From a candidate division WOR-3 bacterium (lineage in GTDB: Bacteria > Hydrothermota > Tepidihabitantia > Tepidihabitantales > DTDR01), in contig JBDRVL010000001.1 of assembly GCA_039801845.1 (NCBI GenBank), positions 1 through 35,848 of the forward strand: a stretch of 35,848 nt of DNA, read 5' to 3'. The number at the start of each line of letters is the position of its first letter. Position 1 is the first letter of the stretch. Both the position numbers and the translations under genes were made by a program. Positions 9,116 through 17,980 of this stretch are shown here, piece by piece. A model generated the notes under the pieces. It was given only the letters and a program-made list of their open reading frames with translations, ran no database searches and was not told the DNA's origin.

Positions 9116-10526
9116 TTTTTTATTATTTTTTACTTTCACAATTTATAATGAAAAATTATGGATAAATTATTTAGCTTTTGATACAGCTTTAACAATAACC
9201 GGAAACGAGAAAATAGTCTATGTGGGAACTGCCAATGGAATTTTATTATTTGATGCACAGAAGATAAAATACCTTAAGACATTGACAAAATTTGATGGAG
9301 TTTTAGAAAATTTGAAATTTGTTGCTTACGACCGGGAGATAAACTCTCTGTGGATGGTGGATAATTCTTCTAATATGATGAATTACCATCCTTTTACTAA
9401 GAAAAAAGAATCCTTTAAGTTGAGTATAATACCAAAGGCGCTAGGTGTTGGTAAGCAATTTTTATACTTCGTGGCTAACGGCGATACTTATCAGTGGGAC
9501 AAAAAAAGGAAAAAGTTATTAAAAATTGAAAAAACGAAAGATACTACAATCTTTTGGTATGGTGAGAAGAAAAAATATTTACCACAAAATTTTCCTTTTC
9601 TTGCCCCTTATTACTATATGGATGATAATTTGGATAAACATTTTTATAAAGAAATATTTTTAGTAAATAGAAATTTATGGGTGAGTGCTAATGGTTATGG
9701 GATTTTGGTTTTTGATAGAATAACTAAAAATTTGATAAAAGTTTTTCCCTTTAACAGTAGTTTAGGTAAAATTAAAAAAATCTTAAAATTCGGAGAAAAT
9801 ATTTGGCTATTGAATGACAACTTTTTTATAAAGACTGCTGATAATATTTCGGAATGGCGCTTTTTCCTAATCAGGTATAACAAATTTTATGAAGAAAATG
9901 AACCTTTGTTAAAAGATAAATTTTTGGAGATATTTTTTAAAAGAAGTATTTCCAATTTTGCTTACTTTAAAAATTCTTTTGCCTGCGCTTTTGAGAATAA
10001 TATTTATCTTTTTTTAGAAGACTATTCTGAGCCGATGGTGATTGAAAGTCGTTCGGGAGTAGAAAATCTATATTTTTTAAGAGATACTTTAATAATTTTG
10101 ACCCAAGAAGGTGTTTATTTGTTTGATTATAAAACTAATAATTTTTTAGATTTTGTTGACCAGCCGCCAGACGCAAAATTTGGTGTTTTTTCTTTTTTAC
10201 CAATAAAAAATGACTGGTATTTGGGAGTGCGGGGAGGGTTTTTGGTATACAGAAATCAAAAATGGGAAAAAGTAATCATTCCGGGAATTGACTTATCAAT
10301 ACCAATTAAAGATTTAACTAATTTTGATAATTATTTGATAACCAATATAAATAATCAAATTATCTTTTTTGATACAAGAAAAAAATTGTTTCAATTTCTA
10401 ACAAAAGAAGATGGTTTCATCGGTGAAAATATTTACTCTTTAAAAGTGGATAATAACAAATTATGGATTGCTCATGAAAAAGGTATTTCTCTTTATGATT
10501 TAACTTTCTGGAAGAGAAAAGAATAA
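9108..10526 (+). CDS. hypothetical protein, possibly beta-propeller-like, hydrophobic N-terminus
   Basis: 472-aa ORF overlapping the nnr stop by 8 nt. Has recurring short GI/GV-L-x-FD and W-I/V strand-like motifs. I recognise no family. Confidence 0.45.
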   Translation: MFNFLLFFTFTIYNEKLWINYLAFDTALTITGNEKIVYVGTANGILLFDAQKIKYLKTLTKFDGVLENLKFVAYDREINSLWMVDNSSNMMNYHPFTKKKESFKLSIIPKALGVGKQFLYFVANGDTYQWDKKRKKLLKIEKTKDTTIFWYGEKKKYLPQNFPFLAPYYYMDDNLDKHFYKEIFLVNRNLWVSANGYGILVFDRITKNLIKVFPFNSSLGKIKKILKFGENIWLLNDNFFIKTADNISEWRFFLIRYNKFYEENEPLLKDKFLEIFFKRSISNFAYFKNSFACAFENNIYLFLEDYSEPMVIESRSGVENLYFLRDTLIILTQEGVYLFDYKTNNFLDFVDQPPDAKFGVFSFLPIKNDWYLGVRGGFLVYRNQKWEKVIIPGIDLSIPIKDLTNFDNYLITNINNQIIFFDTRKKLFQFLTKEDGFIGENIYSLKVDNNKLWIAHEKGISLYDLTFWKRKE

Positions 10527-10527
10527 A

Positions 10528-11577
10528 ATGAGAAAAAAAATATTTATTATTTTCTTATTAGTTTTTCTTCTGATTTTAGGTTTGCTTATTTTATATCAAA
10601 AAAATAATAAAATTCTGCCAATAAAATATCCTACATATCATTCTACCTTAAAAAATAAAGTAAATATTCTTTTGGTAGCAAAAGATGCCCGAATAATTAG
10701 GAAGAAAAAATTGCCAGATGGAAAAGAAGAACCAATATTAGAAAAAAAATCAAGGAGTGATATTATTAATATTATCCACATAGATTTTGATAATGGAAAA
10801 GTTAAAATTTTAAATATTCCCAGAGATATGTTGGTGAGTATTCCTAATTATACCAAAGAAAAATCAAAGAAAGATTTTAATAATTTGGACAAAATAAATC
10901 ATAGTTATTTTTATGGAAAAGAAGAGTTATTGATAAAAACGATAAAAAGGAATTTTGATATTGATATAGATCGTTACATAACGATTGATTTTGTGAGGTT
11001 TCCGAAGTTAATAAGTTTTTTAAAACCTTTTGTAAAAGTTTTTCGAGTAAGAAATGTTGAAGCGACTGAACCAACAGCTATTCAGAAACTTTTGAGAAGT
11101 CGGTATTGTTATCCCCATGATGATATTGACCGAAGTCGTAACTCCTTATTTTTTATTAAATATGTGTGCGAGAAAATCTATCCCCAAATTAATCCGTTAA
11201 ACTTTCCAATTTTTAAAAAAATCTTTTGGGAAGTTTTTAAAGAAGCAACGGATTTAACCGATGATGACATAATTAAAATCTTTGTGGAGTTAAAAGAAAA
11301 AAATTTTGACCCTAAAAATATGGAATTAGGAGTAATGATTGGTTATCAAGCTTATGTCTATTTAAATCGTTTTTCCCAAAACCTTTCTTGTTATTTGCCA
11401 ATTTACGAGGAAATAGAGAAGCAGATAAAATATTTTATTTATGATTCAGTAAATATAACTCCTAAATTTTATCTGGATGATAAGGAGAAATTTTTTGTTC
11501 CGGAATATGTGAGAAAGAATTATACTTTATTTTTGGATACAATTAGTTTGAAAATCAAAGTAGAGATCCCCAAATAA
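10528..11577 (+). CDS. LytR-CpsA-Psr (LCP) family protein
   Basis: N-terminal TM segment. LCP core pattern NILLVAKDAR...SRSDIINIIHID...VKILNIPRDMLVSIPN. Starts 1 nt after the previous stop. Confidence 0.6.
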   Translation: MRKKIFIIFLLVFLLILGLLILYQKNNKILPIKYPTYHSTLKNKVNILLVAKDARIIRKKKLPDGKEEPILEKKSRSDIINIIHIDFDNGKVKILNIPRDMLVSIPNYTKEKSKKDFNNLDKINHSYFYGKEELLIKTIKRNFDIDIDRYITIDFVRFPKLISFLKPFVKVFRVRNVEATEPTAIQKLLRSRYCYPHDDIDRSRNSLFFIKYVCEKIYPQINPLNFPIFKKIFWEVFKEATDLTDDDIIKIFVELKEKNFDPKNMELGVMIGYQAYVYLNRFSQNLSCYLPIYEEIEKQIKYFIYDSVNITPKFYLDDKEKFFVPEYVRKNYTLFLDTISLKIKVEIPK

Positions 11578-12173
11578 CCACTGGTTATAAAGATAACAAT
11601 TACTATTGACCGCCTTTAATACCTCTGTCAAAAATAAAAAAGTGGTAATCTACGAAAGTAATTTTCCGTGTTTTATATAAAGGGAAGAATTATATTAAGG
11701 AAGGCTTTTAATTATAAAAACTGCGTTAATTTAAATCCAATATGCTTATATATCTTCGGCAATGCTTTTTAGAAAACTTTTTAAAAGATTTAATAAATTA
11801 AAAACTTAATGAAGGAAGACCCAAAAATAGGGATAGAAGGCATCCTACAAGATAAGGCTACCTAATAGGACTTACTATGATTTTAGAAAAAATACAAATA
11901 ATGAAACCGAAAGAGCAAGAAATAAAGATTTTTGGAAACTTTTTATTAATGATTCTTCTAATTTTTTATTAAAGTTTTCTTTCAAAGATTTAGCAAGATA
12001 GCCTACTAATTTTGTTTTTCTTTAATTTGGAAGAAGTAATTGGAAAATATCAAAAAAGATTAACCAATTCAAAGGAAAAGTAAAGAAACATAATTTGCTA
12101 CACATCTTATTAGATTAAAATATCAATTTTTAATGAAATCTGATAGATAATTTAACACATTTACTTACTTTTA

Positions 12174-12201
12174 TTGACAATTAAAAATTTACTATTATAA
12201 T
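12174..12201 (+). promoter_or_regulatory. sigma70-like promoter of thrS-infC-rpmI-rplT-pheS
   Basis: TTGACA (12174..12179), 16 nt, TATAAT (12196..12201), 8 nt, GTG (12210). Confidence 0.45.
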
Positions 12202-12209
12202 AATATATT

Positions 12210-14063
12210 GTGAAAATATTTAATTTATTTAATGACAAAAGAGTTGTAGCAGGAAAGATGGGTGGGAAATTAGTTGATTTATCTTTGGAGATTAATGAAG
12301 AGGATAAAGATAAGATTGAGCCGATATATTTTGATAGCGAAGAGGGTAAAAGTATCTTTTGGCATTCTTCTGCTCATCTCTTAGCCCACGCAGTAAAATC
12401 TCTTTTTCCTTCGGTAAAATTAGGAATTGGACCAGCGGTAGAAGATGGTTTTTATTATGATTTTTATAAAATTCCACCTTTTTCAGAAGAAGATTTCTCT
12501 TTGATCGAAGAGAAGATGAAAGAGATTGTGGAATTAGATTTGCCAATTGAGCATTTATATTTAGATAGAGAAGAGGCGATTAAATATTTTAAGGAAAAAG
12601 GAGAGGATTTTAAATTAGAGATTTTAAGTGAGATACCTGATGAAAAGATTTCCGTATATAAACAGGGTGATTTTATTGACCTTTGTTTAGGTCCTCATTT
12701 ACCGAGCACAGGAATGATTAAAGCTTTTAAACTTTTGAGTGTTGCTGGTGCCTATTGGAAAGGGGATGAGAGAAATCCAATGTTATCAAGAATATATGGA
12801 GTCTCTTTTCCGACAAAAGAAGAATTAGAAGAATATTTAAAATTTTTAGAAGAAGCAAAAAAAAGAGACCATCGGAAATTAGGTGCCTCTTTAGAACTTT
12901 TTTCTTTTTTTGAAGAGGCTGGTAGTGGTTTGGTTTATTGGTTGCCAAAAGGAGCAATTTTAAGAAGGATTATTGAAGAATATTGGATAGAAAAACACTT
13001 AGAAAAAGGTTATCATCTTGTTTATACTCCCCATATTGCTCGGGAAGGATTATGGCAGATTTCAGGTCACACAAAATATTATAAAGAGAATATGTACTTT
13101 ATTCCTCAGGAGAATGAAAATTATGTATTAAAACCAATGAATTGTCCTGGGCATATTTTAATTTATAAATCAAAGGTTAGAAGTTATAAAGATTTACCTT
13201 TAAGAATTTGTGAGTTAGGCACAGTTTATCGGCAAGAGAGGAGCGGTGTTCTATATGGTACTTTAAGAGTAAAAGGTTTTACCCAAGATGATGCCCATAT
13301 TTTTGTAACTCCGGAAATGGTGGAGGAAGAGATTATTAATATTTTAAATTTTTCTTTAGAAATGTTAAAAGATTTTGGTTTTAAAGATTTTAATTTTGAA
13401 CTTTCTTTACGAGATTTATCAGAAAAAGAGAGATATATGGGAAGGGAAGAAGAATGGGAAATGGCGGAAAGGTCATTAATAAATGCCTTAAAAAGGTTAA
13501 ATCTTTCTTACAAAGAAGCCTATGGTGAGGCAACTTTCTATGGACCGAAGATTGATTTAAAATTACAAGGATTTATAAAAAGAGAACAGGCAACGACAAT
13601 TCAGTTTGATTTTAATCTTCCTAAACAGTTTAGGGTTACTTATATGGGAAAAGATGGTTATCATCACGAAACAGTAATTCTTCACCGAACAATTCTTGGC
13701 TCTTTGGAAAGATTTTTAGGAGTGTTGATTGAGTATTACGGCGGTATTTTTCCGGTTTGGCTTTCACCTATTCAAACGGTTGTAATGACAATAACCGAAA
13801 AAGAAATTCCTTACGCCCAAAATATTTATGAAAAGATAAAAAAAGAAAAAATAAGGGTAGAGACTGATTTTCGTTCAGAAAAAATTAATTACAAAATTGC
13901 TGAACATGAACGGATGAAGATTCCTTATATGATAATAATTGGCAAAAGAGAGGTAGAGAATAACTGTGTTAGCATTCGAAAAAGAAGAGAAGGTGATTTA
14001 GGAAGAATGGATTTAGAAGGATTTATTAGAATGATAAAAGAAGATATTGAAAAAAGGAGGTAG
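12210..14063 (+). CDS. thrS: threonine--tRNA ligase
   Basis: 617 aa. Editing-domain motif HSSAHLLAHA, class II core (MNCPGH, FTQDDAHIF, HRTILGSLERF) and a C-terminal anticodon-binding domain. GTG start, and the N-terminal TGS domain looks truncated. Confidence 0.95.
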   Translation: MKIFNLFNDKRVVAGKMGGKLVDLSLEINEEDKDKIEPIYFDSEEGKSIFWHSSAHLLAHAVKSLFPSVKLGIGPAVEDGFYYDFYKIPPFSEEDFSLIEEKMKEIVELDLPIEHLYLDREEAIKYFKEKGEDFKLEILSEIPDEKISVYKQGDFIDLCLGPHLPSTGMIKAFKLLSVAGAYWKGDERNPMLSRIYGVSFPTKEELEEYLKFLEEAKKRDHRKLGASLELFSFFEEAGSGLVYWLPKGAILRRIIEEYWIEKHLEKGYHLVYTPHIAREGLWQISGHTKYYKENMYFIPQENENYVLKPMNCPGHILIYKSKVRSYKDLPLRICELGTVYRQERSGVLYGTLRVKGFTQDDAHIFVTPEMVEEEIINILNFSLEMLKDFGFKDFNFELSLRDLSEKERYMGREEEWEMAERSLINALKRLNLSYKEAYGEATFYGPKIDLKLQGFIKREQATTIQFDFNLPKQFRVTYMGKDGYHHETVILHRTILGSLERFLGVLIEYYGGIFPVWLSPIQTVVMTITEKEIPYAQNIYEKIKKEKIRVETDFRSEKINYKIAEHERMKIPYMIIIGKREVENNCVSIRKRREGDLGRMDLEGFIRMIKEDIEKRR

Positions 14064-14067
14064 TTTT

Positions 14068-14637
14068 ATTCACAATAAAAATTGGCGAATAAACGAAAAT
14101 ATAAAAGCTTTGAAAGTAAGGGTGATTGATGAAAATAAGAAAAATTTAGGAATTATGTCAACAAAAGAAGCTTTAAAATTGGCACGAGAAAAAAATTTAG
14201 ATTTAGTAGAAGTTGTGCCTCATGCTTCGCCGCCGGTCTGTTATATTGTTGATTATGGTAAATTTAAATATGAACAACAGCAAAAAGAAAAAGAATTAAA
14301 AAAGAAACAACTTGCTTCAGTTTTAAAAGAAATAAGACTTTCCCCAAAAATAAATGAACATGATTACCAAACAAAATTAACCCAAATAAAAGAATTTTTG
14401 GAAGCAAAGCAAAAGGTGAGAGTAACTATTGTAATGCGAGGTCGGGAGGCAATTCATAAAGAATTAGGATTTAATTTGATAGAAAGACTTATTAAAGATG
14501 TTGAAGAATTTGGTTATTTAGAGAGTAAACCAAAGTTTTTAGGAGAGGGTGGTTATGTGATTCAATTGACTTTCTTACCAGGCAAAAAAATTGTTAAAAA
14601 GGAAGAGGAGAAAGAAAATGAAGTTAAAAACACATAA
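14068..14637 (+). CDS. infC: translation initiation factor IF-3 (probable ATT start; the ORF track's TTG at 14047 is the alternative)
   Basis: IF-3 signature RINENIKALKVRVIDEN...LDLVEV...PPVCYIVDYGKFKYE. An in-frame ATT at 14068 lies 7 nt after GGAGG (14056..14060) and 5 nt after the thrS stop. Confidence 0.85.
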   Translation: MHNKNWRINENIKALKVRVIDENKKNLGIMSTKEALKLAREKNLDLVEVVPHASPPVCYIVDYGKFKYEQQQKEKELKKKQLASVLKEIRLSPKINEHDYQTKLTQIKEFLEAKQKVRVTIVMRGREAIHKELGFNLIERLIKDVEEFGYLESKPKFLGEGGYVIQLTFLPGKKIVKKEEEKENEVKNT

Positions 14638-14812
14638 AGGTTTAAAAAAGAGGATTAAAATTACCGGCAGTGGGAAAATTTTACATTGGCGAGCCGGTAA
14701 ATCTCATTTATTGGCAAAGAAAACAAAAAAAAGAAAGAGAAAATTGTCCTTAAAAAAGGAATTTAGTAAAAAGGATGAAAAAAGAATTAGAAGGTTAATA
14801 CCGGGAATTTAA
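14618..14812 (+). CDS. rpmI: 50S ribosomal protein L35
   Basis: MKLKTHKGLKKRIKITGSGKI is the canonical L35 N-terminus. The ATG at 14618 lies 7 nt after GGAG. The ORF track's TTG at 14591 adds an implausible extension. Overlaps the infC 3' end by 20 nt. Confidence 0.9.
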   Translation: MKLKTHKGLKKRIKITGSGKILHWRAGKSHLLAKKTKKRKRKLSLKKEFSKKDEKRIRRLIPGI

Positions 14813-14824
14813 GGAGGTGAAATT

Positions 14825-15181
14825 ATGCCGAGAGTAAGAACCGGATCCTATACAAGAAAAAGAAGAAAGAAATGGTTAAAGTATGCGAAAGGTTATTGGG
14901 GCGGTAAACATCGATTGTATAAAAGTGCGCGCTTACAAGTAATGAAGGCTTGGCTTTCTGCCTATCGAGAAAGAAAACGTAAAAAAAGAGTTTTTAGGAG
15001 GTTATGGATTATCCGACTTAATGCGGCTTTAAAACCTTATGGAATTAATTATTCTAAGTTTATTCATGGTTTAAAACTTGCTAATATTTCTCTTAATCGA
15101 AAAGTCCTCTCTGAGATGGCGATCAATACTCCAGAAGAATTTGAAAAAATTGTTGAATTAGTAAAAGAAAAGTTAAATTGA
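14825..15181 (+). CDS. rplT: 50S ribosomal protein L20
   Basis: MPRVRTGSYTRKRRKK...GYWGGKHRLYK is the canonical L20 sequence. AAGGAGG RBS is present. Confidence 0.95.
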   Translation: MPRVRTGSYTRKRRKKWLKYAKGYWGGKHRLYKSARLQVMKAWLSAYRERKRKKRVFRRLWIIRLNAALKPYGINYSKFIHGLKLANISLNRKVLSEMAINTPEEFEKIVELVKEKLN

Positions 15182-16182
15182 TTGAAGAATTAGAAAAAAT
15201 TATTCAGGAAGCAGAAAAAGAATTTTCTTTAATAGATAATTTAACTGATTTAGAAAACTTCCGAATTAAATATCTGGGAAGAAAGGGTTTATTAACAACC
15301 TTTTTAAGAAAAATAAAAGATTTATCAATTGAAGAGAAAAGGAGCATTGGGAAAAGGGCTAACGAATTTAAGGAATATTTAGAGAAAATAATTGAAGAAA
15401 AAAAGGTTTCTTTAAAAGAAGAGAAAATAGAAATTTCTTTTGATTATACTTTACCAGGAAGGAAATTTTGGCTGGGGCATAAGCATCCAATAACCCAAGT
15501 GATGGAAGAATGTATTGATATTTTTGTGCGGATGGGTTTTAAAGAAGAACAAGGACCGGAAATAGAAGATGAATGGCACAATTTTACTGCTTTGAATATT
15601 CCGCCTTTACATCCGGCAAGGGATATGTTTTCCACATTTTATCTTCCGGATGGTAGATTATTAAGAAGTCATACTTCACCAGTTCAAATAAGAGTAATGG
15701 AAAGAGAGAAGCCACCGATAAGAATTATTGCTCCGGGAAGAGTCTTTCGGCCAGATGATTTTGATGCTTCCCATTCGCCGGTTTTTCACCAAATTGAAGG
15801 ACTTTATGTTGATACGGATGTTACTTTTTTAGAACTAAAAGCAACTTTAGAGGAATTTTGTCGAATTCTTTTTGGTAAGGAAGTGATTATAAAATTTACT
15901 CCTTCTTATTTTCCTTTTACTGAGCCAAGTGCCGAAGTTTCCATTTCTTGTTTAAATTGTTTGGGAAAAGGATGTGAGCGGTGTCGGAATAAAGGTTTTT
16001 TAGAAATCTTGGGTTGTGGAATGGTTCATCCGCAAGTTTTAAAAAATGTAAATATTGACCCAGAAATTTATAGTGGTTTTGCCTTCGGTTTAGGAGTAGA
16101 AAGATTAGCAATGATAAAATTTCAAATTGATGATATAAGACTTTTTTATCAGAATGATATTAGATTTTTATCCCAATTCTAA
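15178..16182 (+). CDS. pheS: phenylalanine--tRNA ligase alpha subunit
   Basis: 334 aa with class II motifs (HPARDMFSTFY, RSHTSPVQIR, FPFTEPSAEV, GFAFGLGVERLAM). TTG start overlapping the rplT stop (TTGA). Confidence 0.95.
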   Translation: MIEELEKIIQEAEKEFSLIDNLTDLENFRIKYLGRKGLLTTFLRKIKDLSIEEKRSIGKRANEFKEYLEKIIEEKKVSLKEEKIEISFDYTLPGRKFWLGHKHPITQVMEECIDIFVRMGFKEEQGPEIEDEWHNFTALNIPPLHPARDMFSTFYLPDGRLLRSHTSPVQIRVMEREKPPIRIIAPGRVFRPDDFDASHSPVFHQIEGLYVDTDVTFLELKATLEEFCRILFGKEVIIKFTPSYFPFTEPSAEVSISCLNCLGKGCERCRNKGFLEILGCGMVHPQVLKNVNIDPEIYSGFAFGLGVERLAMIKFQIDDIRLFYQNDIRFLSQF

Positions 16183-17057
16183 AATCCGTAAACAGTTTTT
16201 TTAATAAATTGGATATCTTTTCGCCAATTTTCTTTTACCTTTATCCAAAGTTCTAAATATATTTCTTTACCTAAAAAAGCCTCAATCCTTTTTCTTGCCA
16301 TTTCTCCTAATCTTTTAAGGGCTTTTCCGTCTTTGCCAATAATAATCTTTTTCTGGGATGGCTTCTCTACATAAATAGTTGCTCTAATATAATCCTTTCC
16401 CTTTTCCCTTTCTTTAAATTCTTCTACTTCAACAGTAGTGCAATAGGGAATTTCTTCGCCATAAAGATTAAAGATTGCTTCCCTAATAAATTCACTAACA
16501 AAAAATCTTTCGTTTTTTTCGCTAATCATATCCGGTTCATAATAGGGTTCTCCTTCTTTTAGATATTTAACAATTCCTTCTTTCAATTCTTCAATGCCAA
16601 TATTTTTTAAAGCCGAGATTGGATAGATTTCTAAAAATCCCATTTTATTATAAGTTTCAATTAAAGGTAAAATTAAATCTTTCTTTACTAAATCAACTTT
16701 ATTTATTACTACTAAAGAGGTTTTTTCCCTTTCTTTTATTTTTTCTATTATTTCCTTTTCTAAATCATCAGGCGGACCAAAAGGTTCGCAAACAAAAAGA
16801 GCAATATCACATGATTCTAAACTCTCCTCAATCTCTTTCACCATAAATTCCTGTAATAGGTATTTTGGTTTTAAAACTCCCGGAGTATCTAAAAAGATAA
16901 TTTGGTAATCTTTTTCGGAAAGAATACCTAAAATTTTATGGCGGGTTGTTTGGGGTTTTTGTGAGACTGCTGATAAAGGAGTATTTAATAAACGGTTTAA
17001 AAGTAAAGATTTACCAACATTTGGTTTACCAAAAATTCCACAATATCCTACTTTCAT
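16179..17057 (-). CDS. era: GTPase Era
   Basis: GKPNVGKSLLLN P-loop, DTPG and NKVD motifs, and a C-terminal KH domain (IIIGKDGKALKRLG). Confidence 0.95.
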   Translation of the reverse strand: MKVGYCGIFGKPNVGKSLLLNRLLNTPLSAVSQKPQTTRHKILGILSEKDYQIIFLDTPGVLKPKYLLQEFMVKEIEESLESCDIALFVCEPFGPPDDLEKEIIEKIKEREKTSLVVINKVDLVKKDLILPLIETYNKMGFLEIYPISALKNIGIEELKEGIVKYLKEGEPYYEPDMISEKNERFFVSEFIREAIFNLYGEEIPYCTTVEVEEFKEREKGKDYIRATIYVEKPSQKKIIIGKDGKALKRLGEMARKRIEAFLGKEIYLELWIKVKENWRKDIQFIKKTVYGF

Positions 17058-17980
17058 ATCCCCATTTTTCTAAATTTCTCAATCCGCTCATTTAGAATTT
17101 CCTCTTTTGAAAGTTTTATTATCGCTCTTAAATTTCTTAAAATTGCTTCTTTTAAAATTTTTGCTGCTTCTTCCCAATTTTGATGAGCGCCACCTAAAGG
17201 TTCTTTAACAATCTCATCAATAATACCAAATTCTAAAAGTTCATGGGCAGTTAGTTTAAGCATCTCCGCAGCCTTTTCTGCTTTAGAACCATCCCGCCAT
17301 AAAATAGAAGCACATCCTTCTGGTGAGATAACAGAATAAATGGCATTTTCCATCATTAATACCCGATTACCAATAGCAATTGCCAAAGCACCACCTGAGC
17401 CACCTTCGCCAATTATCACAACAATAATTGGAACAGTTAATAATGACATCTCTTTAATAGTTTCGGCAATTGCCTCAGCCTGTCCTCTTTCTTCCGCACC
17501 AATTCCTGGAAAGGCACCAGGTGTATCAATAAAACTAATTATTGGTAAGTTATATTTCTCGCCAAGTTTCATTATTCTTAATGCCTTACGATAACCTTCC
17601 GGATGGGGCATCCCAAAATTTCTTTTCAATTTCTCTTTTGTGTCTCTTCCTTTTTGATGACCAACAATTACACAACTAATATCTTCAATCTTTCCTAAGC
17701 CACCAATTATTGCCAAATCATCGCCAAATCTTCTATCACCATGAAGTTCAATAAAATCTTCGGTTATCCTTTCAATATAATCTAAAGTATAAGGTCTTTG
17801 GGGATGTCTTGCTAATAATACCCTTTGCCAAGGAGTGATTTTCTCAAAAATCTTTTTCTTAACTTTTATTAAGGCATTTTCCAATTTTCTTAATTTATCT
17901 TCGTTGCCATTTTTCTTTGCCTCTTCAATCTTTTCTATTAATTTCACAATTGGCTTCTCAAAATCTAAATATTCTTTCAT
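17054..17980 (-). CDS. accA: acetyl-CoA carboxylase carboxyltransferase alpha subunit
   Basis: 308 aa. LDFEKPI N-terminus, HPQRPYTLDY, FIDTPGAFPGIGAEERGQAEAIA and GEGGSGGALA motifs. Confidence 0.95.
   Translation of the reverse strand: MKEYLDFEKPIVKLIEKIEEAKKNGNEDKLRKLENALIKVKKKIFEKITPWQRVLLARHPQRPYTLDYIERITEDFIELHGDRRFGDDLAIIGGLGKIEDISCVIVGHQKGRDTKEKLKRNFGMPHPEGYRKALRIMKLGEKYNLPIISFIDTPGAFPGIGAEERGQAEAIAETIKEMSLLTVPIIVVIIGEGGSGGALAIAIGNRVLMMENAIYSVISPEGCASILWRDGSKAEKAAEMLKLTAHELLEFGIIDEIVKEPLGGAHQNWEEAAKILKEAILRNLRAIIKLSKEEILNERIEKFRKMGI

Noticed and set aside
11578-12209. A T-box leader, a tRNA-mimic operator or a tRNA/ncRNA gene upstream of thrS.
   Set aside because: I found no T-box consensus (AATTAGGGTGGTACCGCG-like), only a weak GTGGTAATCTACG at about 11643. 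I found no specifier-loop or terminator-antiterminator arrangement, and no tRNA T-loop (GGTTCGAATCC-like). The recognisable promoter sits after this region, not before it. A small RNA cannot be excluded without covariance-model searches.
14047-14067. The upstream TTG starts given by the ORF track for infC (14047) and rpmI (14591).
   Set aside because: Both lie upstream of the obvious GGAGG/GGAG ribosome-binding sites. Both add N-terminal extensions not seen in these highly conserved proteins. ATT 14068 and ATG 14618 fit better.
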